Shown: positions 24,526 to 34,892 of the stretch, piece after piece
How positions within the stretch are numbered: the first letter of the stretch is position 1
Layout: each line of letters opens with the position of its first letter
DNA from: Eledone cirrhosa
Taxonomy: Eukaryota
Length of the DNA: 64,000 nt
Direction of reading: 5' to 3'
Assembly: GCA_964016885.1 (NCBI GenBank)
Contig: OZ024740.1
Location: 386,446,001 to 386,510,000, forward strand
Notes under the pieces: generated by a model
What the model was told of the DNA's origin: nothing
What the model saw: the letters and a program-made list of their open reading frames with translations, nothing else
Database searches by the model: none
Translations under genes and position numbers: made by a program

Positions 24526-24642
24526 AGGTAACAATTGTTTCTATAGTGTATGAGTTACCTATACCTCGCTATTTGAATAATACACAAATATTATCAAAAA
24601 CCGAAAGTACACTGTAAGCCAACACACCATGTCATCAGACCT
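24526..24642 (-). ncRNA. Hammerhead ribozyme in the upstream pseudo-LTR
   Basis: Same motif as 21515-21631, offset by 3011 bp. Confidence 0.75.
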
Positions 24643-25395
24643 TTGTATTAGAATGATATGAAAATATTTTATACACTAGATAAAAGATAAAGAAGGAGGT
24701 AGGAAGAGAAGGGGAAGAGGGAAGTGAGTAAGGTGGAGGGAGTCTTAGGGTTTAAGACTGTCAGACTAGTAGAGATTGTGAAGCGAGAATGTTTTGGCAG
24801 CAGTTAGCTTAATGAGGCATGCTAAGGTTGGCTGGGAAGTAGATACTTCTAGTGGTGTTGTTCGGACAAAATTTAGTTAGAGGGGTCAAAGTGGTACAAT
24901 GTCACAGACAAGTTATTAGGGCTATTATAGTAGCAGGTTATTTCTAAAGGGGTCCAGAAAAACAGTGTTTAGTACTATTATTATAGAAAGTCATATCTAG
25001 TGTATAAACATATAAGACAGAAATTTGCAAACGTTGGTGCAATAAGGTAACATTATATGCATTTAAAAAAAGAAAAAGTCGTTTTCAAACGATGGTTACA
25101 GTATAGAGAACGTTCAATTTTGCTGTTCAAAAGTTTGTTTACCGACGTTAAAATGCAGTATATCTCTAAATTGCATAACTTGCAGAATCGATGATTTTGC
25201 TAATATGCAGGCGCAGCTGCAATAATTTGCCAATCAAGGGAGAACGCTTGATTGTTCCTCCGAAGCTGCCAGGCTTTATCGGCGAGGGTTGTTACGGAGC
25301 GCATTTTCTCGTGCCTGATCGAAGATCGATGTTGGTATAGGCGAGCCTTGAAAGAAGTTGCGGTACATCCGACGTAATACCATTTGTTGGTCCCG

Positions 25396-25449
<54 letters not shown>

Positions 25450-25721
25450 TATATATGTTTTTTTCCTGGTCCTCACCAATCTCGAACTTAAGTTCAGATT
25501 TATGTTGACTTTAAAATTTTCTCTCTCTTCCCTTTTTTCCCATCCCAATAACTTCCTTTAGTTATTGATGCACTGGGGTAAGATATATTGTCTTTAATGT
25601 GTTGAAATATCCATGACTCCCAGCAGACAACTGATGAAGGAAAATTATCTCCCGTTCTTGCTTTCCTCTTATTTATAAGTACACCTTATCCAGCAACTCC
25701 ACAGCCCTGTACATATATGTA

Positions 25722-26487
25722 TCTCAAAATGAAAGGCAGACTGTATGATGCGTGTATACGAACAGCAATGTTAGATGGTAGTGAGACCTGGGCGCTGTCT
25801 GTAACAGACTTGCGCAGATTAGAAAGAAACGAAGCTTGCATGCTCCGATGGATGTGTAATAGTAATATACGCGAACGGCAAAGCATAAACAAATTGAGAG
25901 AGAGACTGAGCATAAGAGGAATCAAATGGTGTGTGCAGGAGAGGAGGTTGCATTGGTATGGACATGTGATGCGTAAGAAGGATGACAGCTGCATAAAAAG
26001 GTGCAGAGCACTAGAAGTCAATGGAAGCCGCGGAGTGGGGAGACCCAAGATGACCTGGGATGAGGTGATAAAAGCTGACCTTACCCAATTGCACCTCTCA
26101 AGGGTGATGACACACGACCGTGACCTCTGGCGTCACGCAGTAATACAGAAGACGCGACTTCCCACGGGAACAAGCCAAAGCCGAAGCATATAGACAATAA
26201 ACCCCCACCCCCTCCCTCTGCAAAGTGGTCGTGGAGGTGCCACGGCAAAAAAGCACCCAGCCCACACTGTAAAGTGGACATGTAGGCGCCACGGAAAAAA
26301 AGCACCCAGCACTCACTGTAAATGAGGTTGGTGTTAGGAAGGGCATCCAGCTGTAGAAATCAAGCCAGAATCAGTACCTGTATGAGCAAGACAAGGTCAG
26401 CCGACTGGACACTGCCCACAACAGGACAACCCGTCTAACCTATGCTAGCGTGGAAGAACTCACGTAATATGGTGATGATGATGATGA
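25722..26487 (+). mobile_element. RTE family 2 3' fragment with SINE-like 3' UTR
   Basis: KMKGRLYDACIRTAML...GHVMRK...GRPKMTW. Same 3' UTR as 37627-37918. Confidence 0.92.
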
Positions 26488-27442
26488 TATATATACATAT
26501 ACATATCATCATCATCATCATCGTTTAACGTCCATCTTCCATGCTTGCTGGGAGGAATATATGGGAGAGAATAACAGTAAAAATATATGCAAAATTTAAT
26601 ACAAACATAGGAATAGTAGAGATAGAAGAGTAGAGATAATGAAAGTGGAATTAGGAGAGATAGAGGTGTAGAAAGAAAACTATTAAAAACAAGGAGAATA
26701 AGAGAGAGAGAGAGAGAGTGAGTGAGGGAGAGCTGGGAACTGGAGGAGGGTATAATAAGAGTAAGGTACAAGGATGAATATCTTATTTTTCATCTTCCCC
26801 CACCCCTCTCTCTCTTTCTCATTGCCCTTGTTTGTACTTTATTCCTTCTACATCTCTTTACCTTCTCCCATTTACTCTTTAGTTATCTCCTCCTCTGTTT
26901 GTACCCTTGTTTACATGAAATTTTTCATATATATTCTCACCCTGATTTTATGGATGGTTTCATGGTTTCTTTTATGTAAGATTAAGCAACTGACCTCTTT
27001 AAAGCATAACATGAATTTTAGTATATTCTTGGCATATTGATCAAAGTATATGTATCACATAATGATACACAATGGCAGAAGACATATTTATAAGGAAGGG
27101 AATTGAGATTGTGTAACATTCATGTTTTGTTTATTGGCACTACCAGTAAATTGAAATTGGATAACCAAATGTTTACCTTCTGTTTATTATATGGTAGTCA
27201 CCACACACTAAATATTCTATATTATAATGATTGTATGCCATTTTTTATCTGTCTGTCACATGAACTCATCAATCTGACAAAATGGTGCTAAAGTTCTTGT
27301 TTAGAATTCATGAAACACAATTAAAAAGGGGTAAATGTTTTAGAATACATTCATCCATGATAAAAGTCAGCATTTTCTTCAACACTGGTGTCCGTTTATC
27401 TTTCTCTCTCTGTCTATCTCTTTGTAAATATATATATTGTGA

Positions 27443-27660
27443 AGGCACATGGATGTGTGGTTAGAGAATTGGATTTGAATTCATGAGGTTGCGAGTTCGA
27501 TTCCTGAACCAGGCGATGCGTTATGTCCTTGGACAGGACACTTTATTTCATGTTGCTCCTTCTACTTGCAGTTGCAAACGATAGAGAGTACTAGCAATTG
27601 GAAAGACCAATGGAAACATTGTTTCCTTGGTCCGATTTGACGAAAGACGATTGACTGTCG
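27443..27660 (+). mobile_element. tRNA-derived SINE with a different tail
   Basis: Head aggcacatgg..gtggttagag..gagttcgattcc and body gtccttggacaggacactttatttca. Confidence 0.65.
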
Positions 27661-27679
27661 ATATATATATATATATATA

Positions 27680-27856
27680 TGAAGATCAGCTGAAAAGTTC
27701 ATAGGTTTACTATGAAGGAGTGATGCTAGAGCTCTGAAATTTTGCATGAATTAATTTCAACTCTTCTTATTAATAACTGCATTGTTTCTTTCTAGGGACT
27801 ATGTTGAAAAATAAACCTCATTTGGTCAGCCTATGAACTTTTCAGTCAACCCTCTT
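27680..27856. mobile_element. Tc1/mariner-type MITE
   Basis: Inverted repeat ctgaaaagttcatagg / cctatgaacttttcag with TA flanks. Confidence 0.65.
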
Positions 27857-27974
27857 ATATGTAATACATATACAGGATTAAACCAGTATCAAACTAGTTA
27901 GACTATTATTCAACAAGCTGGAACTAGCTGCCAAAATGGCAAGATCTCAGACATCAGGCCCCAACTCTTTCTAA

Positions 27975-28009
<35 letters not shown>

Positions 28010-28192
28010 TTATATAAAAATTTCGCTCTACATGGCTGAATACAATAAATGTAATCTGTTTTTTTCGAATATTAATAATAACATTCAATTCGTTTGCAAT
28101 TATGCAAACAAGCCTCATTTTTAAAGCCATGTCAGTAGAATGAACCCTTCATTCTTGCTCTTGTGTTGGCATGTAAACAGAACTGATATAAA

Positions 28193-28262
<70 letters not shown>

Positions 28263-28345
28263 GGAGGTGAGTTTTATTGTAGTACAATAAAGCAATGCAG
28301 ATATCGGATAAGAAGCACTCTACAGTTTGTAGGACTGGAGTATAC

Positions 28346-28564
28346 ATAATATATAAGATCAAAAGATGGTTAAATGAGTTCCATGTATTTTATTATGCGC
28401 ATTTCAAAAACAAATATCATCATGCAATAAGATTTGTGTTTTCATATCATGTCCTCCTATTTTATCTGATGAAAACACAAATCTTATTCATGATATTTGT
28501 TTTTGAAATGCGCATAATAAAATACATGGAACTCATTTAACCATCTTTTGATCTTATATATTAT
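28346..28564. repeat. ~100-bp inverted repeat whose right arm completes a hammerhead
   Basis: 28346-28445 is the reverse complement of 28469-28564 apart from a small indel. Confidence 0.9.
28458..28524 (+). ncRNA. Type-I hammerhead ribozyme with canonical core
   Basis: tattttat-CTGATGA-aaacacaaat...atttgttttt-GAAA-tgcgca-TA-ataaaata. 8-bp helix I and AUA triplet. Confidence 0.8.
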
Positions 28565-28611
28565 ATATATATATATATATATACATATATATATACATAT
28601 ACACATATATA

Positions 28612-28955
28612 TCATCATCATCATTCATCATCATTTCATTTTACGTCCGCTTTTTCCCTGCTTGCAAGGGTGGGACGGGAACTGATTCTGGCTTGATTTC
28701 TACAGTTGGATGCCCTTCCTAACACCAACCTCATTTACAGTGAGTGCTGAGAGGTTTTTTTGCCGTGGCACCTGCACAACCACTTTGCAGTGGAATGATA
28801 TGGACCCTAGTCCCTATCATCTCATTTCTACAGCTGAGTAAACTGGAGCAATGTGAAATAAAGTGTCTTGCTCAAGGAAACAACACATCACCCGGTCTGA
28901 GAATTGAACCGGTCTGAGAATTGCAAGGCCAATGCTCTAACCACTAAGCCTCCAT
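28612..28955 (-). mobile_element. tRNA-derived SINE with RTE family 1 tail
   Basis: Same family as 14225-14556. Confidence 0.85.
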
Positions 28956-28996
28956 TATGAATATGTATGTATGTATGTGTGTATGTGTGTATATGT

Positions 28997-29627
28997 CAGG
29001 TCACCACTTGGTGCTACTGGTAACATGTATCGCAGTACAACCTGTCCCATGGTCGGGTCGTTGGCGACTAAACTGGCAACCCCACCAAGGTTTCTTGGTG
29101 AGGAGGGTGACTTTGGACATCTGGCAGGACTAAAAACAAAACCTGTCAAAGGGCAAAGGAGCTCTTAAGAGTCAATTGCCATCCAAAATCACCGGGAGAG
29201 ATGACCCCTTAGCCTTTGTCAAGGCAGAATTCTAGGAGAAGGAAAACTTTGATATAACACCTGCAACCCTTATGGTGTCCAATGATGTTGACTTGTTCTT
29301 CTTTTTGGTAAATATCATCTTGGTTAAGAGAGTGGGACTGGCTTTGTGCAGTGCCTTTGCTCACTATAAAAGCTTCACGGCACAGGCATTGCTTTATATC
29401 TGGAGATCTCTCTGCACTTGTCGTCACATGGTACCATGGGCCCAGCACTATGTGTCAATAATTGTCACAAGCGTAGTGTTTGTACCAGAGTTTTCAAGTC
29501 GCTGGCTGGACTAAAAAGTCACACTCGTTCAGCGCATCGGTAGGGGTTCTCCTACATGGATATAAAGTAGTGGCCGTACTCGAAAACGAGTTGGCAGCCA
29601 CCATATGTATGTATGTATATATGTATG

Positions 29628-29659
<32 letters not shown>

Positions 29660-30261
29660 TATGTGTATGTACAACCTGTATCATGTTCGGGTCGTTGGCG
29701 ACTAAACTGGCAACCCCACCAAGGTTTCTTGGTGAGGAGGGTGACTTTGGACATCCTGCAGGACTAAAAACAAAACCTGTCAAAGAGCAAAGGAGCTCTT
29801 AAGAGTCAATGGCCATCTAAAATCACCGGGAAAGATGACCCCTTAGCCTTTATCAAGGCAGAATTCTAGGAGAAGGAAAACTCTGATATAACACCTGCAA
29901 CCCTGATGGTATCCAATGATGTTGACTTGTTCTTCTTTTTGGTAAATATCATCTTGGTTAAGAGAGTGGGACTGGCTTTGTGCAGTGCCTTTGCTCACTA
30001 TAAAAGCTTCACGGCACAGGCATTGCTTTATATCTGGAGATCTCTCTGCACTTGTCGTCACATGGTACCATGGGCCCAGCACTATGTGTCAATAATTGTC
30101 ACAAGCGTAGTGTTTGTACCAGAGTTTTCAAGTCGCTGGCTGGACTAAAAAGTCACACTCGTTCAGCGCATCGGTAGGGGTTCTCCTACATGGATATAAA
30201 GTAGTGGCCGTACTCGAAAACGAGTTGGCAGCCACCATATGTATGTATGTATATATGTATG

Positions 30262-30293
<32 letters not shown>

Positions 30294-30880
30294 TGTATAT
30301 GTGTATGTACAACCTGTATCATGTTCGGGTCGTTGGCGACTAAACTGGCAACCCCACCAAGGTTTCTTGGTGAGGAGGGTGACTTTGGACATCCTGCAGG
30401 ACTAAAAACAAAACCTGTCAAAGGGCAAAGGAGCTCTTAAGAGTCAATGGCCATCCAAAATCACCGGGAGAGATGACCCCTTAGCCTTTGTCAAGGCAGA
30501 ATTCTAGGAGAAGGAAAACTCTGATATAACACCTGCAACCCTGATGGTATCCAATGATGTTGACTTGTTCTTCTTTTTGGTAAATATCATCTTGGTTAAG
30601 AGAGTGGGACTGGCTTTGTGCAGTGCCTTTGCTCACTATAAAAGCTTCACGGCACAGGCATTGCTTTATATCTGGAGATCTCTCTGCACTTGTCGTCACA
30701 TGGTACCATGGGCCCAGCACTATGTGTCAATAATTGTCACAAGCGTAGTGTTTGTACCAGAGTTTTCAAGTCGCTGGCTGGACTAAAAAGTCACACTCGT
30801 TCAGCGCATCAGCAGGGGTTCTCCTACATGGATATAAAGTAGTGGCCGTACTCGAAAACGAGTTGGCAGCCACCCTATGT
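28997..30880 (+). mobile_element. Three tandem copies (~635-bp period) of a non-autonomous bipartite RTE-derived element with (TATG)n tails
   Basis: Units at 28997-29603, 29671-30237 and 30309-30874. Each has the RTE 5'UTR-like motif ctaggagaaggaaaactctgat and a terminal C2H2-finger coding remnant. Confidence 0.8.
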
Positions 30881-30893
30881 GTGTATATATCTA

Positions 30894-30936
<43 letters not shown>

Positions 30937-31003
30937 AAAATTAAGATAAATCAAAATGAATTTAATCTATTTAATCTATTTAATCTATCTATATATATAT
31001 ATA

Positions 31004-31716
31004 TTTAGAAACACACAGATACATGCGGACACACACATATATACATGAATGCATCCGCAGCTTAGGTATGATACTTTTTATTACTAATTATATCTAAATG
31101 TTTCTTCTCTCTTCATAATGTATTTTTAACTCTGATACTGGTTCAGTCTAGTTCAACTGAATTGGTCTGTCCCAGTCATTCATTGAGCAACATCGGTGAA
31201 GTTGGCACCCTTAACTCACAGTTGGGTGCGGATGCATTCATGTATATATGTGTGTGTCCGCATGTATCTGTGTGTTTCTAAATATATTGTTAATAACTCC
31301 CTCTGGTCGAGCAGTCTTTGAAGTGTGGGGACAACTGGAAAGCTTCCATTACTCATACTTTTCGCCTTCTTCACCACCTCTTCTACGGCCTCGATATGAA
31401 TACCCCCTCCGCCTCCGTGGTATTTTCTTCGTGGTTATAAGAGGCTTAGCTCTGTTTCTCGACCGTTATATCGCGTGACTATCTCCCCCTCCGCCTTTTG
31501 GGATTCTTTCTCACGTCGTGTAGACGCGTTCTTGAGACTAGTAAAATGAGGTATCCTCTTGATAAGTCGGCAGACCTCGCAAGGACTCTATATCTTTGAT
31601 ATATTGTTTTTGTTTATGCCACGAAACTACGTAGTCGAGGAATTTAGGAGCAGCTTAGGTATGATACTTTTTATTACTAATTATATCTAAATGTTTCTTC
31701 TCTCTTCATAATGTAT
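31004..31716 (+). mobile_element. Non-autonomous pLTR-like cassette with inverted and direct repeats and a hammerhead
   Basis: Inverted repeat 31004-31059/31227-31282, direct repeat 31057-31123/31650-31716, (TA)n flanks. Confidence 0.7.
31554..31641 (+). ncRNA. Hammerhead ribozyme, U3-A8 core variant
   Basis: tcctc-TTGATAA-gtcggca...tgccac-GAAA-ctacgtag-TC-gagga. GUC triplet. Confidence 0.72.
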
Positions 31717-32038
31717 ATATATATATATATATATACTATAAAGTAAAAAAGCAAGTCCATAGAATTATTTGATAATATATATATCATTTCATTTCTTCTC
31801 CCAATTAGCATAATTAACAACACAAAAAATCAATTAGACCAGGCTATGAGATTAAAAGGCACCTATGAAAAAACACTAAATATACCATAGCAGCGTCTTC
31901 GCGGCCAACTGCTATAAAATATCTACCCAACATTTCAACACCACGTGGAAATTAATTAAATATATGGTCAACCATACACAATTAGGTATAAAATTACAGT
32001 TAGAAATGCTTATATACATACCAGGATTAAATCACTAA

Positions 32039-32117
32039 ATCCCGACCCATGGGTTTCGTTCTCATTTTGAGATATCCTATTAAGGATAAATCTCGAGTTT
32101 TGAACTCTTCAGAGGAC
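32039..32117 (-). ncRNA. Type-I hammerhead ribozyme with canonical core
   Basis: Minus strand reads gtcct-CTGAAGA-gttc...gaac-GAAA-cccatggg-TC-gggat. GUC triplet with an inner hairpin in helix II. Confidence 0.85.
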
Positions 32118-32296
32118 AAACTCGAAGTGGCCCCCGCCAAACAGGAATTCAAAATGGCTGAGAACTGTGACGTGGCAGTGGTCAAGTCAGAAAGTGTGTG
32201 TTGGTTGCTTACGGCGAGTGAGCTGGTTACTAGAAAGTGACTTTGTTTAATTGGTGTATGTGTAAATATTTATATATATATATATATATATACATA

Positions 32297-32485
32297 ATTG
32301 TTTCTACTTTTGGCACAAGGCCAGCAATTACCCAGTGCATTACTGGTACTTTATTTTATCGACCCAGTAAGGATGAAAGGCAAAGTAAACCTCGGCGGGA
32401 TTTGAACTCAAAATGGCAAGGACCGTAACTCTATGCATCAAAGCATGGCGTCCGACCCTCTACTGATACTGCCAATCCACCGCTA
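32297..32485 (-). mobile_element. tRNA-derived SINE (second family)
   Basis: Reverse complement of the 42408-42597 type sequence. Confidence 0.8.
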
Positions 32486-32621
32486 ATCCACTGGCAATAT
32501 ATATACATAATGGAGGCACATGGCTTAGTGGTTAGCTATATATATATATATATATATTAATATAAGTATGTAACAGCCGTACTAAGAGTGAGAAATGAAA
32601 TTTCGTTTCATTTTTTCCGTT

Positions 32622-32671
<50 letters not shown>

Positions 32672-32703
32672 TATATAATCTCTCTCTCTCTATATATATA
32701 TAA

Positions 32704-32745
<42 letters not shown>

Positions 32746-32757
32746 ATATATATATTT

Positions 32758-33251
32758 ATTGTTATATTTGGGGGAGGAACATATTGTTATATTGTTAGAA
32801 TATTAATATTGCCAGAAATAATAACAGAACACACTCACTGTTTGGTTTGGGTTGGTTTTTGCTTCTGTATCTTTTATATCTCCGTAGTTAATTTATCTGG
32901 CAATGTTTATCATTATTTATTCTTGTCTCTGTCTCTGTATTAAATAAATAAATAAAATAAAAATGGCGTAGGCATTACAATACAATGGGAGGAAACATAA
33001 TAGTGCCACTGATGATGTCACAGATGTGTGTGTGACAAAAGCACTTTGATAGACTATATATATATGTTTATATCTGTATTTTTAACTGTTGGTCAATCAT
33101 TGATAAACATTGATGCCAGATAAATAAACTATGGAAATATAAAAAATACAGAAGAGAAAACTAATCCAAACCAAACAGTGAGTGTCTTCTGTTATTATGT
33201 CTGGCAACATTATAACAATATAACAATATGACCCTCCCCAAATATAACAAT
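32758..33251. repeat. Imperfect ~150-bp inverted repeat cassette with a broken hammerhead in the spacer
   Basis: Arms ~32758-32912 and ~33101-33251. The spacer contains agtgcca-CTGATGA-tgtcaca..tgtgaca-aaa-gcact. Confidence 0.75.
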
Positions 33252-33325
33252 ATTTGTTTCAACACATGATTTCACATCAAAAACCTTGCAAAACATATAT
33301 ATATATATATATATACGTATATATA

Positions 33326-33406
<81 letters not shown>

Positions 33407-33574
33407 ACATATATATATATATATTTGTATATATATTTATACACAGAGGTATCCACTGTAAGTTGTGGGGTCTATTCTGCACGAAGAACTCGATGTAATC
33501 CATATGTTGAAAATGTTGTAGGTTAAGATAAATCTCAGAAAACAATAAAACATTAAAAGGAAAACAGAGTCATG

Positions 33575-34380
33575 ATATAAGTTAAAACAATGAAATAAAA
33601 AATCAAGTCATTAGAGATATACTTCACTGCTTTACGATCGTTTCTAGATGGTGATAATACATTGTATCTATACTCAGTTATTGATCTATGTAAGTTTACA
33701 AACTATCAGATAGAGAGAATATATTATACTGAGTGCAAGTTACCACACCGTACTATATTGTGTTGGTTAAGTTGTACATTATCGCATTACTGGGTAATTG
33801 CTGGCCTTGTGTCTAAAGTAGAAACAATTATCTTATTATAATTTTCATCTTTTAATACACTATCTTTCCTAGCCATAACATTAATTTATATTCACCTTAA
33901 AACTCAATACAACATTAATCACCATTTATTTTGACATTCCTTTTAAATTCACTATACAAGATACATTAAACTATCAGTTTGACAATCCCCTTCCTTCCTA
34001 ATAGATTTTTATGCCATTTCTACTAACCATTCCTTTCAAAGGGTCATGACCTCAACTAAAGTGTATTACTTTTCATCTTAACATCATATGAAAAAAACAA
34101 TTTGATTCGTTAGTTCTTCAACTATCCCCAAATAAGGACATGATACTAACATGCTACTAATTCTGAGTAAAATTATTATTGAATAAATTTATTATTGCTT
34201 TTGAAAACAGCTGGTGATATGCATGTAAGTAAATATTCTCTCTATCTGATAGTTTGTAAACTTACATAGATCAATAAATGAGTATAGATACAACGTATTA
34301 TCACCATCTAGAAACGATCGTAAAGCAGTGAAGTATATCTCTAATGACTTGATTTTTTATTTCATTGTTTTAACTTATAT
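33575..34380. repeat. ~150-bp inverted repeat cassette (33575-33722 / 34233-34380)
   Basis: The arms are near-perfect reverse complements. The right arm overlaps a hammerhead. Confidence 0.88.
34194..34329 (+). ncRNA. Hammerhead ribozyme, U3-A8 core variant with long helix II
   Basis: attgctt-TTGAAAA-cagctggtgata...tatcaccatcta-GAAA-cgatcg-TA-aagcagt. GUA triplet. Confidence 0.65.
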
Positions 34381-34398
34381 ATATTTATATATATATAT

Positions 34399-34433
<35 letters not shown>

Positions 34434-34892
34434 CACACACATAATGAATTCTATTACTATATAATAGTACAAGAATAACTTAGTGGTAAACTGAGTCAAT
34501 GGTGTGATGTTGAGTTCTCATTAGAATAGCTTTCCATTGATGATACCACTTAAAAACCATGAATGTCGTAACAACGTCTATAAATTTAATGGCTCTATAA
34601 GAAATCAATATTTGCCCCCAGATAGTAAAGGTCATGTCAGAAGATTTTTAAATCTATATAAAGATGAGTGCTGTGAAATGGAAGAAGACATGTCTTTGAT
34701 CCAGTTTAGATTCTTGTTTGAAATCATTTCAATTCACTTTCACTGTTAATGCCTTTGAAAGAAGCATCTAATTTCTCATGCTCTACAAAATACCTATGTG
34801 AGGCAAATTAGGTTAGTGTGGTTTTAGATGTTGAAAGTCTAACTATCATGGATAAATAAATAATAAAAATGAGGCAATAAGACAATTACCAC

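Larger units (their letters stand above)
21469..25399 (-). mobile_element. Penelope-like element (Naiad-like), partial-tandem structure with pseudo-LTRs, inserted in (TA)n
   Basis: Direct repeats 21469-22388 and 24480-25399 (offset 3011) that include the ORF 3' end. RT plus GIY-YIG ORF. (TA)n on both sides. Confidence 0.93.

Noticed and set aside
25560-25660. ttgatgc...GAAA...CTGATGA arrangement
   Set aside because: No consistent set of three helices could be built in any permutation.
28997-29160. Possible HDV-like ribozyme at the 5' end of the RTE-derived element (ggtcacc/ggtgact pairing)
   Set aside because: A P1-like pairing exists, but P3/L3, P1.1 and J4/2 could not be identified.
29209-30949. 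Recurring 79-108 aa ORFs in the tandem units
   Set aside because: They recur only because the DNA is repeated, run into microsatellites and have no recognisable domain.
33002-33045. CTGATGA with a 7-bp helix II and helix I (agtgc/gcact)
   Set aside because: The G of GAAA, helix III and the cleavage triplet are missing, so it is at best a deleted ribozyme relic.
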